Position numbers and translations under genes: made by a program | NCBI RefSeq assembly: GCF_006345805.1 | Contig: NC_042998.1 | Location: 48,112,001-48,176,000, forward strand | Source: Octopus sinensis | Taxonomy: Eukaryota | Length of the DNA stretch: 64,000 nt | Direction of reading: 5' to 3' | In this document: positions 50,151 through 63,330 of the stretch, in pieces | Layout: every line of letters starts with the position of its first letter | Numbering within the stretch: position 1 is the stretch's first letter | The notes under the pieces: model-generated | What the model was told of the DNA's origin: nothing | Seen by the model: the letters and a program-made list of their open reading frames with translations, nothing else | Database searches by the model: none

Positions 50151-51141
50151 ATCAGTACCTTTTACCCTAATCTTCTCACCAAACTTGTATGTATTAATGA
50201 TTATCCTTCCACCATTCACTACATTCTACTTTATACCATTCCCAATGTCTAGTCATCTCTAAAAGAGAAAGAGAGAGAGTGGGAGGGGGGAAATATATTT
50301 GAAGACAAAGAAATTCATTGAAAATTATTGCATTCGGCATGGTTTGTGTAATATACACCTCTCTCAGGCTTGATAGAGAAACTAGACAGCTTCAACCCAG
50401 GGCAAAATTCTTCCAAATGTCAAAACTATGAACATATTGACCAAGGGCATTTCAACCATGACCATCCAGTCTTTCATTCAGCTGTAGTACATCTAAGACA
50501 ACATCATAAGCAAATTTCCCTTCTCTTCTTTTTTTCAAAATGTAATTTCGAGGATATTTAACTGTTATTTCTAGGAAGTCAAACAATCTTAGCAATCCAG
50601 TTGTTTGACTTCCTAGAAATAACATATAAGGCAATGATTTGTAACGGTCTTTTGAAAGTACGTGTGTGTGTGTGTGTGTGTGTGCATGAAGAGAAAATGA
50701 GAACAAAAAACATAAAATCACCCTTAAACACATACATACTGGACCCTATGAACATGCACACACATATAACACCTACGCACCAATACACCAATGCATATTA
50801 TCACTAGCCCTGTCTCTCTAGGTCCCTCTTTCTCTCAAAAAAGGCAATGAACTTATATATTTACTCAGGATTTATGTCAACAAGCATGGAATGCTTAATT
50901 AGTACCCAGTCTTGTTTTTTGGTTTTGTCTTGTGTTTATTCTGTTTTTTTTTTTGTCATGTCCCTTCCGCTTTCTCTCTCAACTGTTAAAAGCCCCATTA
51001 TAAAATGTAGATGAAGAAGGGAGATAATGCATGATAACTTGTAGCGATTAGTATTAACAACAAACAAATACAAAACTTCTAACAGAAGGTGCTTCTGCTC
51101 CTCACCTGTATTTATATAGATGAGCATAATGTATATTTTAA

Positions 51142-51516
51142 CTAGCAGTATCGCCCGGCGCTACTCGGGTTTGTTTTGGATTTTTGTTGGAATTTTTGAA
51201 AAGTAAAAATTTTGCATTATGTAGCTTGTTATTCTCTTTAAGTGAACATTTTTCTGGTTGAAATACACCAAAAAATGGCGACAAAACAGTAAAAAAATCA
51301 TAAAAAATAGGGATTTTCATAGAAAAAAAGCACCTTTTTGATGTAAATAATTTTTGGTCTTAATATGGTCCGATTTGAATTTTAGGAAGAGCAAGCATTC
51401 TTCTATCATACTCTCAATTTTGGTCAACTTGTGCCACAGGGTCTCGGAGGAGATAGTGTTAGTTGAAGGCTACCAAACCTGCCATACACAGACAACTTCA
51501 CCTTTATATATAGAGA
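51142..51516 (-). mobile_element. Non-autonomous Helitron
   Basis: Minus strand A|TCTCTATATATAAAGG ... caaacccgagtagcgccgggcgatactgCTAG|T. Confidence 0.85.
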
Positions 51517-51564
51517 TAAAATGTGCATTAGCACGTTTAATGTAGTAAAATAAAGAAATATAAT

Positions 51565-51968
51565 CTTTATCCTTTACCTTATGTTTGTTTCAGTCAGCGG
51601 ATTGTGGCCATGCTGGGGCACCACCTTGATGAGTTTTAGCCAAATATATCAAACCCAGTACTTATATTTTTAAATGTTGGTGTTTATTCTATCGGTCTCT
51701 TTTGCTGAACCACTAAATTATAGGGATGTAAACAAAGCAACACCAGCTGTCAAGCAATGGTAGGACACAGACACAAAGTCACACACACACACACACATTT
51801 ATACAATGGACTTCTTTCAGTTTTCTACTATCAAATCCATTCACTAGGATCTGGTTGGCCTGGAGCTAGAGTAGAAAACACTTGCCCAAGGTGCCAAGCA
51901 GTGGTACTGAACCTAGAACCATGTGATTAGAAAGCAACCTTCTTACCACACAGCCACACCTGTGCCTA
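51565..51968 (-). mobile_element. SINE family A (diverged)
   Basis: Family A module order. Confidence 0.8.
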
Positions 51969-52226
51969 TTACATAAAATTGTATTTAACATATCAGGAGT
52001 TGTTTTCCTTGCATTTTTTCATCTGAATTAATGATTCGGATAATGATTGTTTTCTCATCACAAGTGCAATTTTAATTACTCGTTTACTTATTCCAACTAT
52101 TAGTCTACAGCCATAACGAAGCACAACTTCGAAGAGTTCCGTCAGTTAAATTGACCACCAATAGATTTTATTCTCTGAATCTTGTTTTCCCAACTTGCTA
52201 AATTACAGGAGAATAAACAATACTGT

Positions 52227-52470
52227 GGAGCATGTGGCTTAGTGGTTATGGTGCTGGACTCATGATCATAAGATTGTGGTTTCGATCCCTGGACTAGGTG
52301 ATCCATCGTGCTCTTGAGCAAAGCACTTCATTCCACGTTGCTCCAGTCCACTCAGCTGTAGAAATGTGTTTAGCCTGGACAGGCATGGGCCCCACCCACC
52401 AGGCTTTCTCACCCAAGACATGCTGCAGTGCCCCAATGACTCCCAAAGGGTTAAGGGACTTGTATTTGCA
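52227..52470 (+). mobile_element. SINE: head H1 + CORE-like module + distinct tail
   Basis: tggcttagtgg, ggtttcgatccc, ttgctccagtccactcagctg, then a tail not seen elsewhere in the window. Confidence 0.75.
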
Positions 52471-52842
52471 ATAATAAACAACACTGATTGTCAAGTGACA
52501 AAAGCCAAACACACACCATCATATATATATCAAAACGAAGAGGGATTAATAAGGGATTAGTAATCCAGGTAAAATACTTCTTAGGCTCTCCATAGATAAA
52601 GATACACCAGGCTAACAAAAAGGTTTTCTGATAAGTCTTGTACTCCAGGTAATTCAAGGCTTTGGAGAAAATAACTTTCGGCTGCTGGTTTGCTATATTT
52701 TCAGTCAATCATGAAATGAACCGCCTTGGCCAAAGATACAATGCACCAACCAATCTGGGAATTGAACTCACAATATTACATTCATAATCTGAACAGCCTA
52801 ACCACTAGGCTAAATGCTTTCATTTACTGTGGGTTTTGTAGA

Positions 52843-53215
52843 TACAGGGTAGGGAAGCAAAATTGCTTTAAAAGTTACACTGATATTTCACAGCAAATGA
52901 TATGAAATTCAATGCAGACCAAAGAATACATTTTCAGCTAATAATAAACTCTTTTTTTTTGCAGGAATATTGGAACAAACCCCAAAGCGTGTATGATCTG
53001 GTCCATACACAAGTCAATCCAAAGAGGATCTCAAGCATAGTCAGAGTATCCTTACATGCAGTTTATAATGTCAAGAAGAGAATGGACATGGGCAATGGCA
53101 TTCAAAGGAAGTCTGGCAATGATGGGGCCCAGCAAGAAGTGGAATAAGGCTTCATCAACACCCTCAAGTTCAAAATTTCAATAAACCCAACCACATCCAC
53201 ATCTATATTCAGTAT
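52843..53215 (+). pseudogene. maT/DD37D-like transposon 5' end and N-terminal transposase remnant
   Basis: TA-CAGGGTAGGGAAGCAAAA terminus; VYDLVHTQVNPKRISSIVRVSLHAVYNVKKRMDMGNGIQRKSG..FINTLKFKISINPT. Confidence 0.7.
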
Positions 53216-54156
53216 TTCAGGTAAGTTTATATCGTTGAATATTAGAATGAGATCATTGGGAATGGCTGACTGGATATTTAATCTGTTTAGGTGACAGTGC
53301 TTTTTGACACTGAAGGTATGCATACATACACACACATGCATGTACATATACAAGTAGAGAGATAGAGAAGGAGGGAGGGGTGAGAAAGACCTTATACATA
53401 CAGACTAGATACTCACACTGAGAGAGAGAGAGACACTAAAGCATTTGATGTCAGATAAGTCAGCATTGAATCAGTGATGTCAAATAGGTAATGCCAAAAC
53501 AGCTGTGCCAAAATGTCTCACCCACTGAATATGATGACTGATTGTATTTTGGTGTTATTTGGTATTGCTAGTAAGAAGGGAGGTGGAAGACTTGGTTGGT
53601 GCTACTTCTTGTCTATTTGTGTAGAATGGAGTTTCTAGCTGGTTTCATAGGGTTGGAGCTGTGCAGCTATATATGGTGGAAAGAGGTGACTGCACTGTCA
53701 TGTACCTACAAGTAGTTGGTGAAGGAGAAACAAAGCAGATGACGTGTTGCCTTACAAGTAGTTAGTGAAGGAGACACATTCAGATGACCTCTTATTAACG
53801 GCAAATATTTGAGACAATGTGAAAAAGTTCAAGAGAGACTCAAGTGATTTTTTAGGTGTCCTATATTGGCATCTACACTGATTTAACCCAACAGACTGTG
53901 CTATAAGCACCTATTTAATAGAATGTTCAGACTGATAAATAAACATAATTTCCATCATCAGCATTTTCCTTTACGTGCACATATGTACGTGTGTGTGTGT
54001 GTGTGTGTTATGTCACATTTGGTTTTAATGAAAAATGTCTGTTGCTGCTGAGCCTTTATGGGAATTGAAGAATGGCGGTAGTTGTTACGCTTCAGAATTA
54101 TATTTGACAAGGAAGTGAAAAAAAAGAGGAAAACGACCATCCAGAAAACTTACATT

Positions 54157-54248
54157 TTTTTCTTCTACAATCTTTACCCAACTCCACAACTTTAAAGCCT
54201 TTTTTTTCTTCTACAGTCTTTACCCAACTCCACAACTTTAAAGCCTTT
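54157..54248. repeat. ~45-bp tandem duplication
   Basis: ttttttcttctaca(a/g)tctttacccaactccacaactttaaagcc twice. Confidence 0.9.
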
Positions 54249-54834
54249 TTAATTTATTTATGCTTTTTGAAAGAAAACATGATTTCGTGGAAAATATCTT
54301 AATCCTATTTTGTGAAACTATTATAATTAATGAATTTATTATTTAATTAAAAATAAATGTATTTTGATGTTGGAGTGTAGATTGTACACCAAAAGCATTC
54401 TATACTAATCAGTATAACACCTATAATTGAGTGCTATAGTCTTTCAGACCCCTCCCTAATTTATACTAGATTTATTACCAGAGTTGACTATAAGAAATAA
54501 TTGGATAATAATCCAAAGTTAGAAAATTAAAATTATTCTGTAGTTTGTCTTTAGAAATGAACTCCAAATATTTTCAGAAAATGATTCCAAAATGTGACAG
54601 TCTGTTTATTCAGTATTGTCAAACATTTTAGTGATGACCTCCAAATGTTATTCTGTTAGGACAAATGTGAAAATGGATAATAACTTTGTGAGCTTAATGC
54701 ACCACATATAGATAAGAAAATATAAGAACTAATGAATACAGAAGGTCTGTGATTTACATGATGAAGGAAATAAGAAAATGGGCAAGTAACTCCATATAAA
54801 TATTTGGGTATGAATTGAAATAAAACACTATTCT

Positions 54835-55110
54835 TTTATTCTCTTATTCTTTTATTTGTTTCAGTCATTTGACTGCAGCCATGCTAGAGTACCACTTGAG
54901 CGAATCGACCCCAGAACTTATTCTTTGTAAGCCTGGTACTTATTCTATCGGTCTCTTGCCGAACCGCTAAGCTATGGGGACTTAAACACACTAGCATTGG
55001 TTGTCAAGTGATGTTGGGGAAACAAACACAGACACACATAAATATATATATACAACGGGCTTCTTTCACTTTCCGTCTACCAAATCTACTCACAAGGCTT
55101 TGGTTGGCTT
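54835..55110 (-). mobile_element. SINE family A (headless)
   Basis: 3' two-thirds of family A. Confidence 0.85.
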
Positions 55111-55224
55111 ATGTGTACCTATATTGAAAACTAGAAACAAATATTGAAGACTAAAAACAAAAAGCAAATATTTTTTTCGAAGAATCAAAAACTTAAAAGC
55201 AGATTTTTAAATCTTTAGTAGTGA

Positions 55225-55400
55225 CAAAAGGTGGTGAGCTAGCAGAATTGTTAGCACGTTCGGCAAATTGCTTAGTGGTAATTTATTCGTCCTTATATTT
55301 TGATTTCAATTTACACAGAGGTCGACTTTGCCTTTCATCCTTTCAGGGTCAATAAAATAAGTTCCAGTTGAGTACTGGGGTGCATGTAATCGACTTAACT
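55225..55400 (+). mobile_element. SINE family B (3'-truncated)
   Basis: B head and central module. Confidence 0.75.
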
Positions 55401-55690
55401 ATTCCTGGGTATAAGTATAAGAAAACAAAACTGCATCCCTCTACCAAGCGATGCTGAGCCAGTGTAACAGAGTAGACTCATCAAACCAGTATGATCTCCA
55501 GCTCAATGTCAAAGCCTCCACATCAGACTGTGGTTGGGGGAGATGACTTCATCCCGCAGTGGACTGAACATAGTCAATCTAATCTAATCTGATCCAACTA
55601 GTGACAAGAAATGTAATTGTGAGTAACAACTAATGTTCATTAGCAACCATAACAGTATGTGGTTTTATACTACCATAATGGCACTTAGTG

Positions 55691-56022
55691 AAGGTGCATG
55701 GCTCAGTGGTAAGAGCATCAAGCTTACGATCGTGAGGTTGTGAGCTTGAATCCCGGATCGGGCTGCATGTTGTGTTCTTGAGCAAGACACTTTATTTTAT
55801 GTTGCTCCAGTTCATTCATCTGTAGAAATGAGTTGCGAACTCACAGGTGTCAAGCTGTTTGGGCCTTTGCCTTTCCCTTGGATAACTCTGGTGGCGTGGA
55901 GAGGGGAGGCTGGTATGCATTGGCGAATGCTGGTCTTTCATAAACAACCTTGCCTGGACTTGTGCCTGGGAGGGTAACTTTCTAGGTGTAATCCCATGGT
56001 CAGTCATGACCAAAGGGGGTCT
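55691..56022 (+). mobile_element. SINE family E, full length
   Basis: A/B boxes; TSD aatggcactt at 55677-55686 and 56029-56038. Confidence 0.92.
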
Positions 56023-56329
56023 CAGCTCAATGGCACTTCATTGGTTAGAAGAAATAAACAGATATGATAATAGAGAGTCACATAACTTCATGAGTTGTTG
56101 AGTAACAACTGACATCTTTGTAGTAGCTTTTCAGCCAAATTAGCCTTGTAAACTACACCTCTAAGTTAAAGCCATCCTTAGCTGTGGACTCAATACAGCA
56201 CTAATGATGGGATAGCAGGAAACTAATCCTCTTTTCAACCTGAACAGATTTGATATTCACTGAGAGAATATTACAGAATGAATGTCTGACAGATAATTTA
56301 GAAGAATCTGCGAAGACATGTTGGGGCAA

Positions 56330-56668
56330 GCGAAATCGAAATCGAATTGAACCAGCCAGGATCCCTGGTCTGGTGGTACGTGGCCGATGCCAGCGCCGCC
56401 TCGACTGGCTTCCGTGCCGGTGGCACATAAAATACACCAATCCGACCGTGGCCGTTGCCAGCCTCGCCTGGCACCTGTGCAGGTGGCACGTAAAAAGTAC
56501 CCACTACACTCATGGAGTGGTTGGCGTTAGGAAGGGCATCCAGCTGTAGAAACATTGCCAGATAAGACTGGAGCCTGGTGCAGCCTTCTGGCTTCCCAGA
56601 TCCCCGGTCGAACCGTCCAACCCACGCTAGCATGGAGAACGGACGTTAAATGATGATGATGATGATGA
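56330..56668 (+). mobile_element. RTE 3' tail (family C)
   Basis: Family C core and a (GAT)n tail. Confidence 0.9.
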
Positions 56669-56670
56669 TA

Positions 56671-56907
56671 AAGCTCTACAATACTCTCAATCGAAGGAGA
56701 GGAGCTTTCTCCATCCGGGTTGCGGATCCATGGAACAAGCTGCCAGACGAGATGGTGAAGATGCCGATGACCGCTTTGTTCAAAGCCTCCCTTGACCTCA
56801 AGTGGCCTGAACTCTTTACATGAACACCACCCTGTACTTAACTCCATGTCCCCCTACATGGCCTTGCTATTTGCTTTTGAGCCAAATTAACTAACTAACT
56901 AAATAAA
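56671..56907 (+). mobile_element. CR1/L2-like LINE 3' end
   Basis: NRRRGAFSIRVADPWNKLPDEMVKMPMTALFKASLDLKWPELFT* (FS.RV...WN.LP motif), short UTR, (TAAC)n tail. Confidence 0.8.
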
Positions 56908-57159
56908 CATCAATAAAACCATAGCAAAGGCAGAACTTCAGCTAATGTTTATTACAACAAACTATGAACAGAAGAAGATGGCATTTTATATGCTCCAGTT
57001 CAAAAGACAAATAATTAATAGTATTGTGGATGTTTATAATAATGAATGCAGTAAATTGATAATCAGAGCAAGAATTCGAAATTTAGAAGAAACAATATTT
57101 TATTTACAATTCAAATCTGAAGTAAATGTACTTTATAACAAAATATTATTATTATCTCT

Positions 57160-57388
57160 TTAACCCTTTCATTACTGTATTCATTTTGAGATGTTCTGTG
57201 TTTCTTTTAATTACTTTAAATATAACAAAGAATTTAGTGGCAAAACTTAGTTATCATTAAGCTAGTGCTAAGAACGTAAATTATGACTAAGGTTTGGTGG
57301 AAGATTTTAATTCAGAACTTATGAAAACAAGACATTTGTACTACAGAGCCAGAGCCAGTTTCAGCCAGGTTGGTATCAAAAGGGTTAA
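57160..57388. mobile_element. piggyBac-like MITE
   Basis: TTAA-CCCTTT ... AAAGGG-TTAA; paralogues at 24899 and starting at about 63968. Confidence 0.85.
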
Positions 57389-57392
57389 CCAA

Positions 57393-57606
57393 GGCAGTGA
57401 GCTGGCAGAATTGTTAGCACACTGGACAAAATGCTCAGCAGCATTTTGATTACCTTTACGTTCTGAGTTCAAATTCTGCCAAGGGTGGACTTTGCCTTCC
57501 ATCCTTTTGAGGTTGATAAAATAAGTACCAAATGAGCACTGGGGCTGATGTAATCAACTAGCCCTTTCCCCTGAACTCGCTGAGCTTGTAGCAATATTTG
57601 AAACCA
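57393..57606 (+). mobile_element. SINE family B variant
   Basis: B head and module with an alternative tail. Confidence 0.85.
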
Positions 57607-57701
57607 TTATTATCTCTTTAACCACGAGTGATGTTGTGACCTTAATGTGCAGGGTGCATCACTAAGGACAAAATCACAAAGGACTAAAAGTAGTAAATGA
57701 A

Positions 57702-58004
57702 TACTCTTTTACTTGTTTCAGTCATTTGACTGTGGCCATGCTGGAGCACTGCCTTTAGTCGACCAAATCGACCCCAGGACTTATTCTATTGGTCTCTTTT
57801 GCCGACCGCTAAGTTATGGGGACGTAAACACAGCAGCATCAGTTGTCAAAACACACAAACATACATACATACGTATATATATACGCTTTGGTCGGCCTGA
57901 GGCTATATTAGAAGACACTTGCCCAAGGTGCCACGCAGTGGGACTGAACCCGGAACCATGTGGTTGGTAAGCAAGCTACTTACCACACAGCTACTCCTAC
58001 GCCT
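57702..58004 (-). mobile_element. SINE family A with internal deletions
   Basis: Family A head and tail. Confidence 0.88.
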
Positions 58005-58309
58005 ATAGTAGGAATAGTTTATTATGTTGAATTTGTAATCTTTATCTTTTACTTGTTTTAATCATTTCAGTCATGGCCATGCTACAACACCACCTGGAAC
58101 AGTTTAGTTGAACAAATCAACACTAGTACATAGCTTTAAGGCTGGCAATCTTCCAGTCTCTTTTGCTGAATCACTTTTGACAAGGTGAGTGAGGAATAAA
58201 ATGGAATAAAATTTCATTTTTAATAATTCCAATATATCAAGATTAAAAAACAATAGCTTCTTCAGGTAGCATGAGAAAGTTCTCCTAGTCAGTTGTATGT
58301 TAATTTCAT

Positions 58310-58460
58310 ATATGTATGCATGCATGCATGCATGCATGCATGCATGCATGCATGCATGCATACATACATACATACATACATACATACATACATACATACA
58401 TACATACATACATACATACATACATACATACATACATACATACATACATACATACATACA

Positions 58461-58490
<30 letters not shown>
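58310..58490. repeat. Compound microsatellite (CATG)n-(CATA)n
   Basis: Directly visible. Confidence 0.95.
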
Positions 58491-58493
<3 letters not shown>

Positions 58494-58686
58494 GATGAGC
58501 TTCCACTCAGTTTCTAACTACTAAATCAACTCACAAACCATTGGTCAACCCAGGGCTATAGTAGAAGACACTTACCCTTGGTGTAGTGCAGTGGGACTGA
58601 ACTCAAAATCATACGGTTGCAAAGCCAGATTCTTAACCACACAACCATGTCAGTGCATGTTAATATGACCTTTTTTTACTCTGCAT

Positions 58687-59013
58687 CAAGGGTTCTTGAC
58701 CATTTTTTATCTATGGGCCCCTTTGATTACTATTTCATTCTGGTGGACCTCCATAACTATTCAATGTCTAAAAACTATTTTTATAGAAACTTTTTTCCAA
58801 ATTCCTATTTTGTTTTTCACACATTAACTTGTGTAGGTTGAACTAAATAAAATGTTAGAGAAAGAAACTTAGCAGTTTACTGCAATACATACCAATACAT
58901 ATATCTAAAGCAGAATTTTTACAGGAGCTCTTAAAATACAATTTTGGATCTCCAACTCATTATAATGTTGCATAGACCTCAAATCTTATATGAACCCCAA
59001 TTGAGAGCAACTG
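58687..59013. mobile_element. hAT-like MITE
   Basis: Left caagggttcttgacc and right attgagagcaactg; related left ends at about 30814 and 37459. Confidence 0.55.
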
Positions 59014-59184
59014 CTGTATCTAAGCAATTATAAAACACACAAGTCAATACAAATTCACATCAGAATCATGTGGAGATGAGTAACGGTAATGCAATAAAAC
59101 CAAGTGACCAATGAAAAAATATTTTAGAAAAAAAAGAGGCACAAAAAATTTTAATGTTTAGCAATGTGGTAATATACGAAAGAT

Positions 59185-59563
59185 GGAGGCACAATGGCCA
59201 AGTGGTTAGGGCAGCGGACTCGCAGTCGTAGGATTGCGGTTTCGATTCCCAGACAGGGCGTTGTGAGTGTTTATTGAGCGAAAACACCTAAAGCTCCACG
59301 AGGCTCCAGCAGGGATGGTGGTGATCCCTGCTGTACTCTTTCACCACAACTTTCTCTCACTCTTACTTCCTGTTTCTGTTGTACCTGTATTTCAAAGGGC
59401 CGGCCTTGTCACTCTCTGTGTCACGCTGAATATCCCCGAGAACTACGTTAAGGGTACACGTGTCTGTGGAGTGCTCAGCCACTTACACGTTAATTTCACG
59501 AGCAGGCTGTTCCGTTGATCGGATCAACCGGAACCCTCGTCGTCATAACCGACGGAGTGCTTC
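59185..59563 (+). mobile_element. SINE family D, full length
   Basis: tRNA-like head with ctcgc loop; TSD atacgaaaga at 59174-59183 and 59565-59574. Confidence 0.93.
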
Positions 59564-59896
59564 CATACGAAAGACATCATTTGCATGTTTATATAGTATG
59601 TTTTACATAACACAGAATATAGCTCAGGATTTTTGATTTGCATAACAATATACATTAACACTTTCAGTGGTCCCATTGACAGCTATGAATTATTAAGGGT
59701 GACATCTTTTAGCCAAGTGTCCTTTATAACAGCTTAGTAATTGATCAACAGACGGCCCTCTCGCCACCCCCACCCCCACTATATACACACCATTCTGATT
59801 GTCTCTAAGCATCTTTGCTTACTAAGCATATTTGTTTACCTTCCCTATCATTATTTTTCTTTAGTTCAGTGATTTAATTATATATGTACATATGTA

Positions 59897-60235
59897 TACT
59901 CTTTTACTTGTTTCAGTCATTTGACTGTGGCCAAGCTGGAGCACCACCTTTAGTCGAGCAAATCGACCCTAGGACTTATTCTTTGTAAGCTTAGTGCTTA
60001 TTCTATTGGTCTCTTTTGCCGAGCCGCTAAGTTACGGGGACGCAAACACACCTGCATTGGGGGGACAAACACAAACACACAAACATATACATATATATAT
60101 ATATACATATATACAATGGGCTTCTTTCAGTTTCCGTCTACCAAATCCATTCACAAGGCTTTGGTCGGCCCGAGGCTATAGCAGAAGACACTTGCCCAAG
60201 GTGCGATGCAGTGGGACTGGACCCGGAACCATGTA
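59897..60235 (-). mobile_element. SINE family A
   Basis: Family A module order. Confidence 0.88.
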
Positions 60236-60759
60236 AGTATATATATGTATGTATGTATGTATATAAACACACACACACATATAAGCACCTTAGCTGCCTA
60301 TATGTCACAAAGTGACATTACTTCTCAATACTTCATGGTGGAATTCTCACCACTCTACAGAACAATTCAGTTTGATAAGACCAAAAGCCATTAAAGACTC
60401 AAGAAGTGGAACTACTAATTCTGGTTCCATCAAGAATTAAGCATTAAAATCTTTGATTATTTAAAGATTAAAAAGATGTTTAAATGTTACCAAGAGAACT
60501 ACATTTATTACAAAGATTTGCAGAACACTGTAAGCCTAGTCACAAATTATAGAATATCAAAAAAATTTTTTGAATGCTTATTTTAATGATGTACATCAAA
60601 CTAATTTATTAGTTTGAGTAACAAAGCCTTTTTAGTTCAGAATTATACACTGACTGACATTGAGTACATGAGGGATATTAACGCACAAACATTAATTTGT
60701 GTGTGTGCATAGGCATACATATATATAGATATATACACATATACATTTATATATATACA

Positions 60760-60920
60760 TTTATGAATTTCCTGTATATATATATATATATAATATATAT
60801 ATATATACACATATATATATTTCCTGTATATATATATATAAATATATATATATATACATATATATATTTCCTGTATATATATATATATAAATATATATAT
60901 ATATACATATATATATTTCC

Positions 60921-60951
<31 letters not shown>

Positions 60952-60962
60952 TTCCTGTATAT

Positions 60963-61008
<46 letters not shown>

Positions 61009-61022
61009 CATATATATATTTC

Positions 61023-61061
<39 letters not shown>

Positions 61062-61343
61062 AGATAAGAAAATGGAGAAATACATCTAAATCAAATATCA
61101 ATTACCAGATAATACTCAATCACATACTTTATTAAACCACCACATAAGAGACTGTAGGGTTAAACATAAAAAAATATATATATATATATTTCCTGTATAT
61201 ATATATATATATATAATATATATATATATATACACACACACACATATATATACACATACACACATATTTGCATATATTCATACATATATATATATACATA
61301 TGTACGTATATCTGCATGTATAGGTATACATGTGTGTGTGTGT

Positions 61344-61388
<45 letters not shown>

Positions 61389-61400
61389 CATATATGTAAT
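60760..61400. repeat. AT-rich minisatellite with recurring TTCCTG anchors
   Basis: ttcctgtatata recurs about 7 times within (TA)n. Confidence 0.9.
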
Positions 61401-61810
61401 ACACACATACACATACACACACAAAAGATATGTTTTAAATACCTACAAACATTCATAAAATACTTGAGATATGGAAATATATATTTAGATGGCAGATGCC
61501 AACTAAGTATTACTGTTCTGCAAGCTCATGATTATCAATGCCACTTCCATCACACACTTCAACGATGATATATGAAAGGATAATGATAAAGATGATGGCT
61601 GAAGAAAAACATGCAAGTAACTCTAGTCATTTAGTGAATTCTTTTAATGAGACAATATTCATGTCTATCTACAGAGAAGTACTGTTGTGGGTTTTCTTTA
61701 TCTTACGCACTAGATATTTCAGTCAACCTCTGTACACTACTACAGTCAAGGACAGGGCTCTTGTGGTAGTTCAACATGCAAGGAACAGTAACTAAATCTT
61801 CCTTAATTCA

Positions 61811-61910
61811 TAAACAGCAGACCTCATCAATTTATGTTTCATTAGAGAATAGCAGACATCATCAATTGATGTTTCATTATAGAATAGCAGACATCGTTAA
61901 TTGAGGTTTC
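61811..61910. repeat. ~35-bp tandem repeat, 2.5 copies
   Basis: agcagacatcatcaattgatgtttcattatagaat unit. Confidence 0.85.
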
Positions 61911-63045
61911 AAAAATTTTACATGGATGTAGCTATCATCAAAGAAAAATGAACATTTTACAGCACTTTTCAAATGCAATTATAAATTTTATTGCGTGTGA
62001 GACTAACAATTATTATAATTTTTGTACTTTTTTTAAAGTTAAAATAAGTGTAAAAATTACCCTTAAGGAAAAAAGATATATTTTTCCCATTTAGTAAATA
62101 CATTTATGCAACCCTTTCCTATTATGAAATAGCTAAAGCACAGCATTCCAACGTAAAATAGGAAGGTTACATAAGATAGTATAGTCCTGTATCTATAAAA
62201 AGTTAGATGGTCACTGCTGGAATGTCTTTGATCATGTGTTTGTTCAGTCAAAGCTGATCTGGGAGCTAAACAACAACAACAAAAAAAAGGTACACACTTA
62301 TTCTATCAACCAAGAAAGAATGACAGGCAAAATTATCCCTGCCGAGTTTTAAGCCCAGAATGTTAAGGAAAAGAACTAAATACTGTAAAGCAAACATCAA
62401 GTAAAGCACTCTACTTTTCCTATCATTCCATTGACTAGACTTAAGACAAACTTATAAAAATGACACAAGGCTGTTATAAGCTTGCCTATTATTTATATCC
62501 CACAAGCCCACTTGCTGAAACCAGTAAATGAGACCATTGCAGTATCATAGCATTCTTGTTATACTATTTATTGCCATGGACTTAAGAATCATTATACTAC
62601 GCTTTGTTCAGTTTAATTTCCTTTGTGCACAAGGTGCTTAGATGGCCTTATCTGATCTTGTCAAGTCGAATTCAGCCCTTTTGATACTAATCTGCCTGAG
62701 ACTACCCCTGCTTCCTTGATACACACTTTTGTAATACAAACTTCCTTGAAGTGATCTAAATTAAAAGCTTCAAGTAAAATTTCAAGTTCATTCATTTCAA
62801 ACAGCGTTTTATTGATTTCTTCATTATTTTCAAAATTAATTGAAACAAAGGCAGTATATTTCAACAAAAAATATGTTAGCAAAAAGATCAAATACTTTAT
62901 TTCAAATTTTCTTTGACCAATTTGTCCTGTATGCATCAGCCAATAACTAATGACAAGTTGCATTCAGCATTTCAACCAATTAACACTCAACCTGCCACAT
63001 CTAACAGACTACATCCAACTTATTTCTCTCTAATTGTTGTAAATT

Positions 63046-63330
63046 CTAGTGGTTAGAGCAGCGGACTCGCGGGTTCAAATCTCAGACTGGTTGATGTGTG
63101 TGTTTATGAGCGAAAACACCTAAGCTCCATGCGGTTCCGGCAGAAGGTAATGGCGAAGTTCTGCTGACTCTTTCGCCACAACTTTCTCTCACTCTTTCCT
63201 CCTGCATCTTGCAGCTCACCTGTGATGGACCAGCGTCCCGTCCAGGTGGGGAACCTATACGCCAAGAAACCGGGAAACCGGCCCTTATGTGCCAGGCATG
63301 GCTTAAGAAGGAACAAAACAAAAACAAAAA
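63046..63330 (+). mobile_element. SINE family F
   Basis: Reverse-complement match to 33584-33888; (caaaa)n tail. Confidence 0.88.

Noticed and set aside
61811-61910. CRISPR-like ~35-bp repeats (also the 25-bp array at 31700)
   Set aside because: Contiguous tandem units with no unique spacers, in a eukaryotic context with no cas genes.
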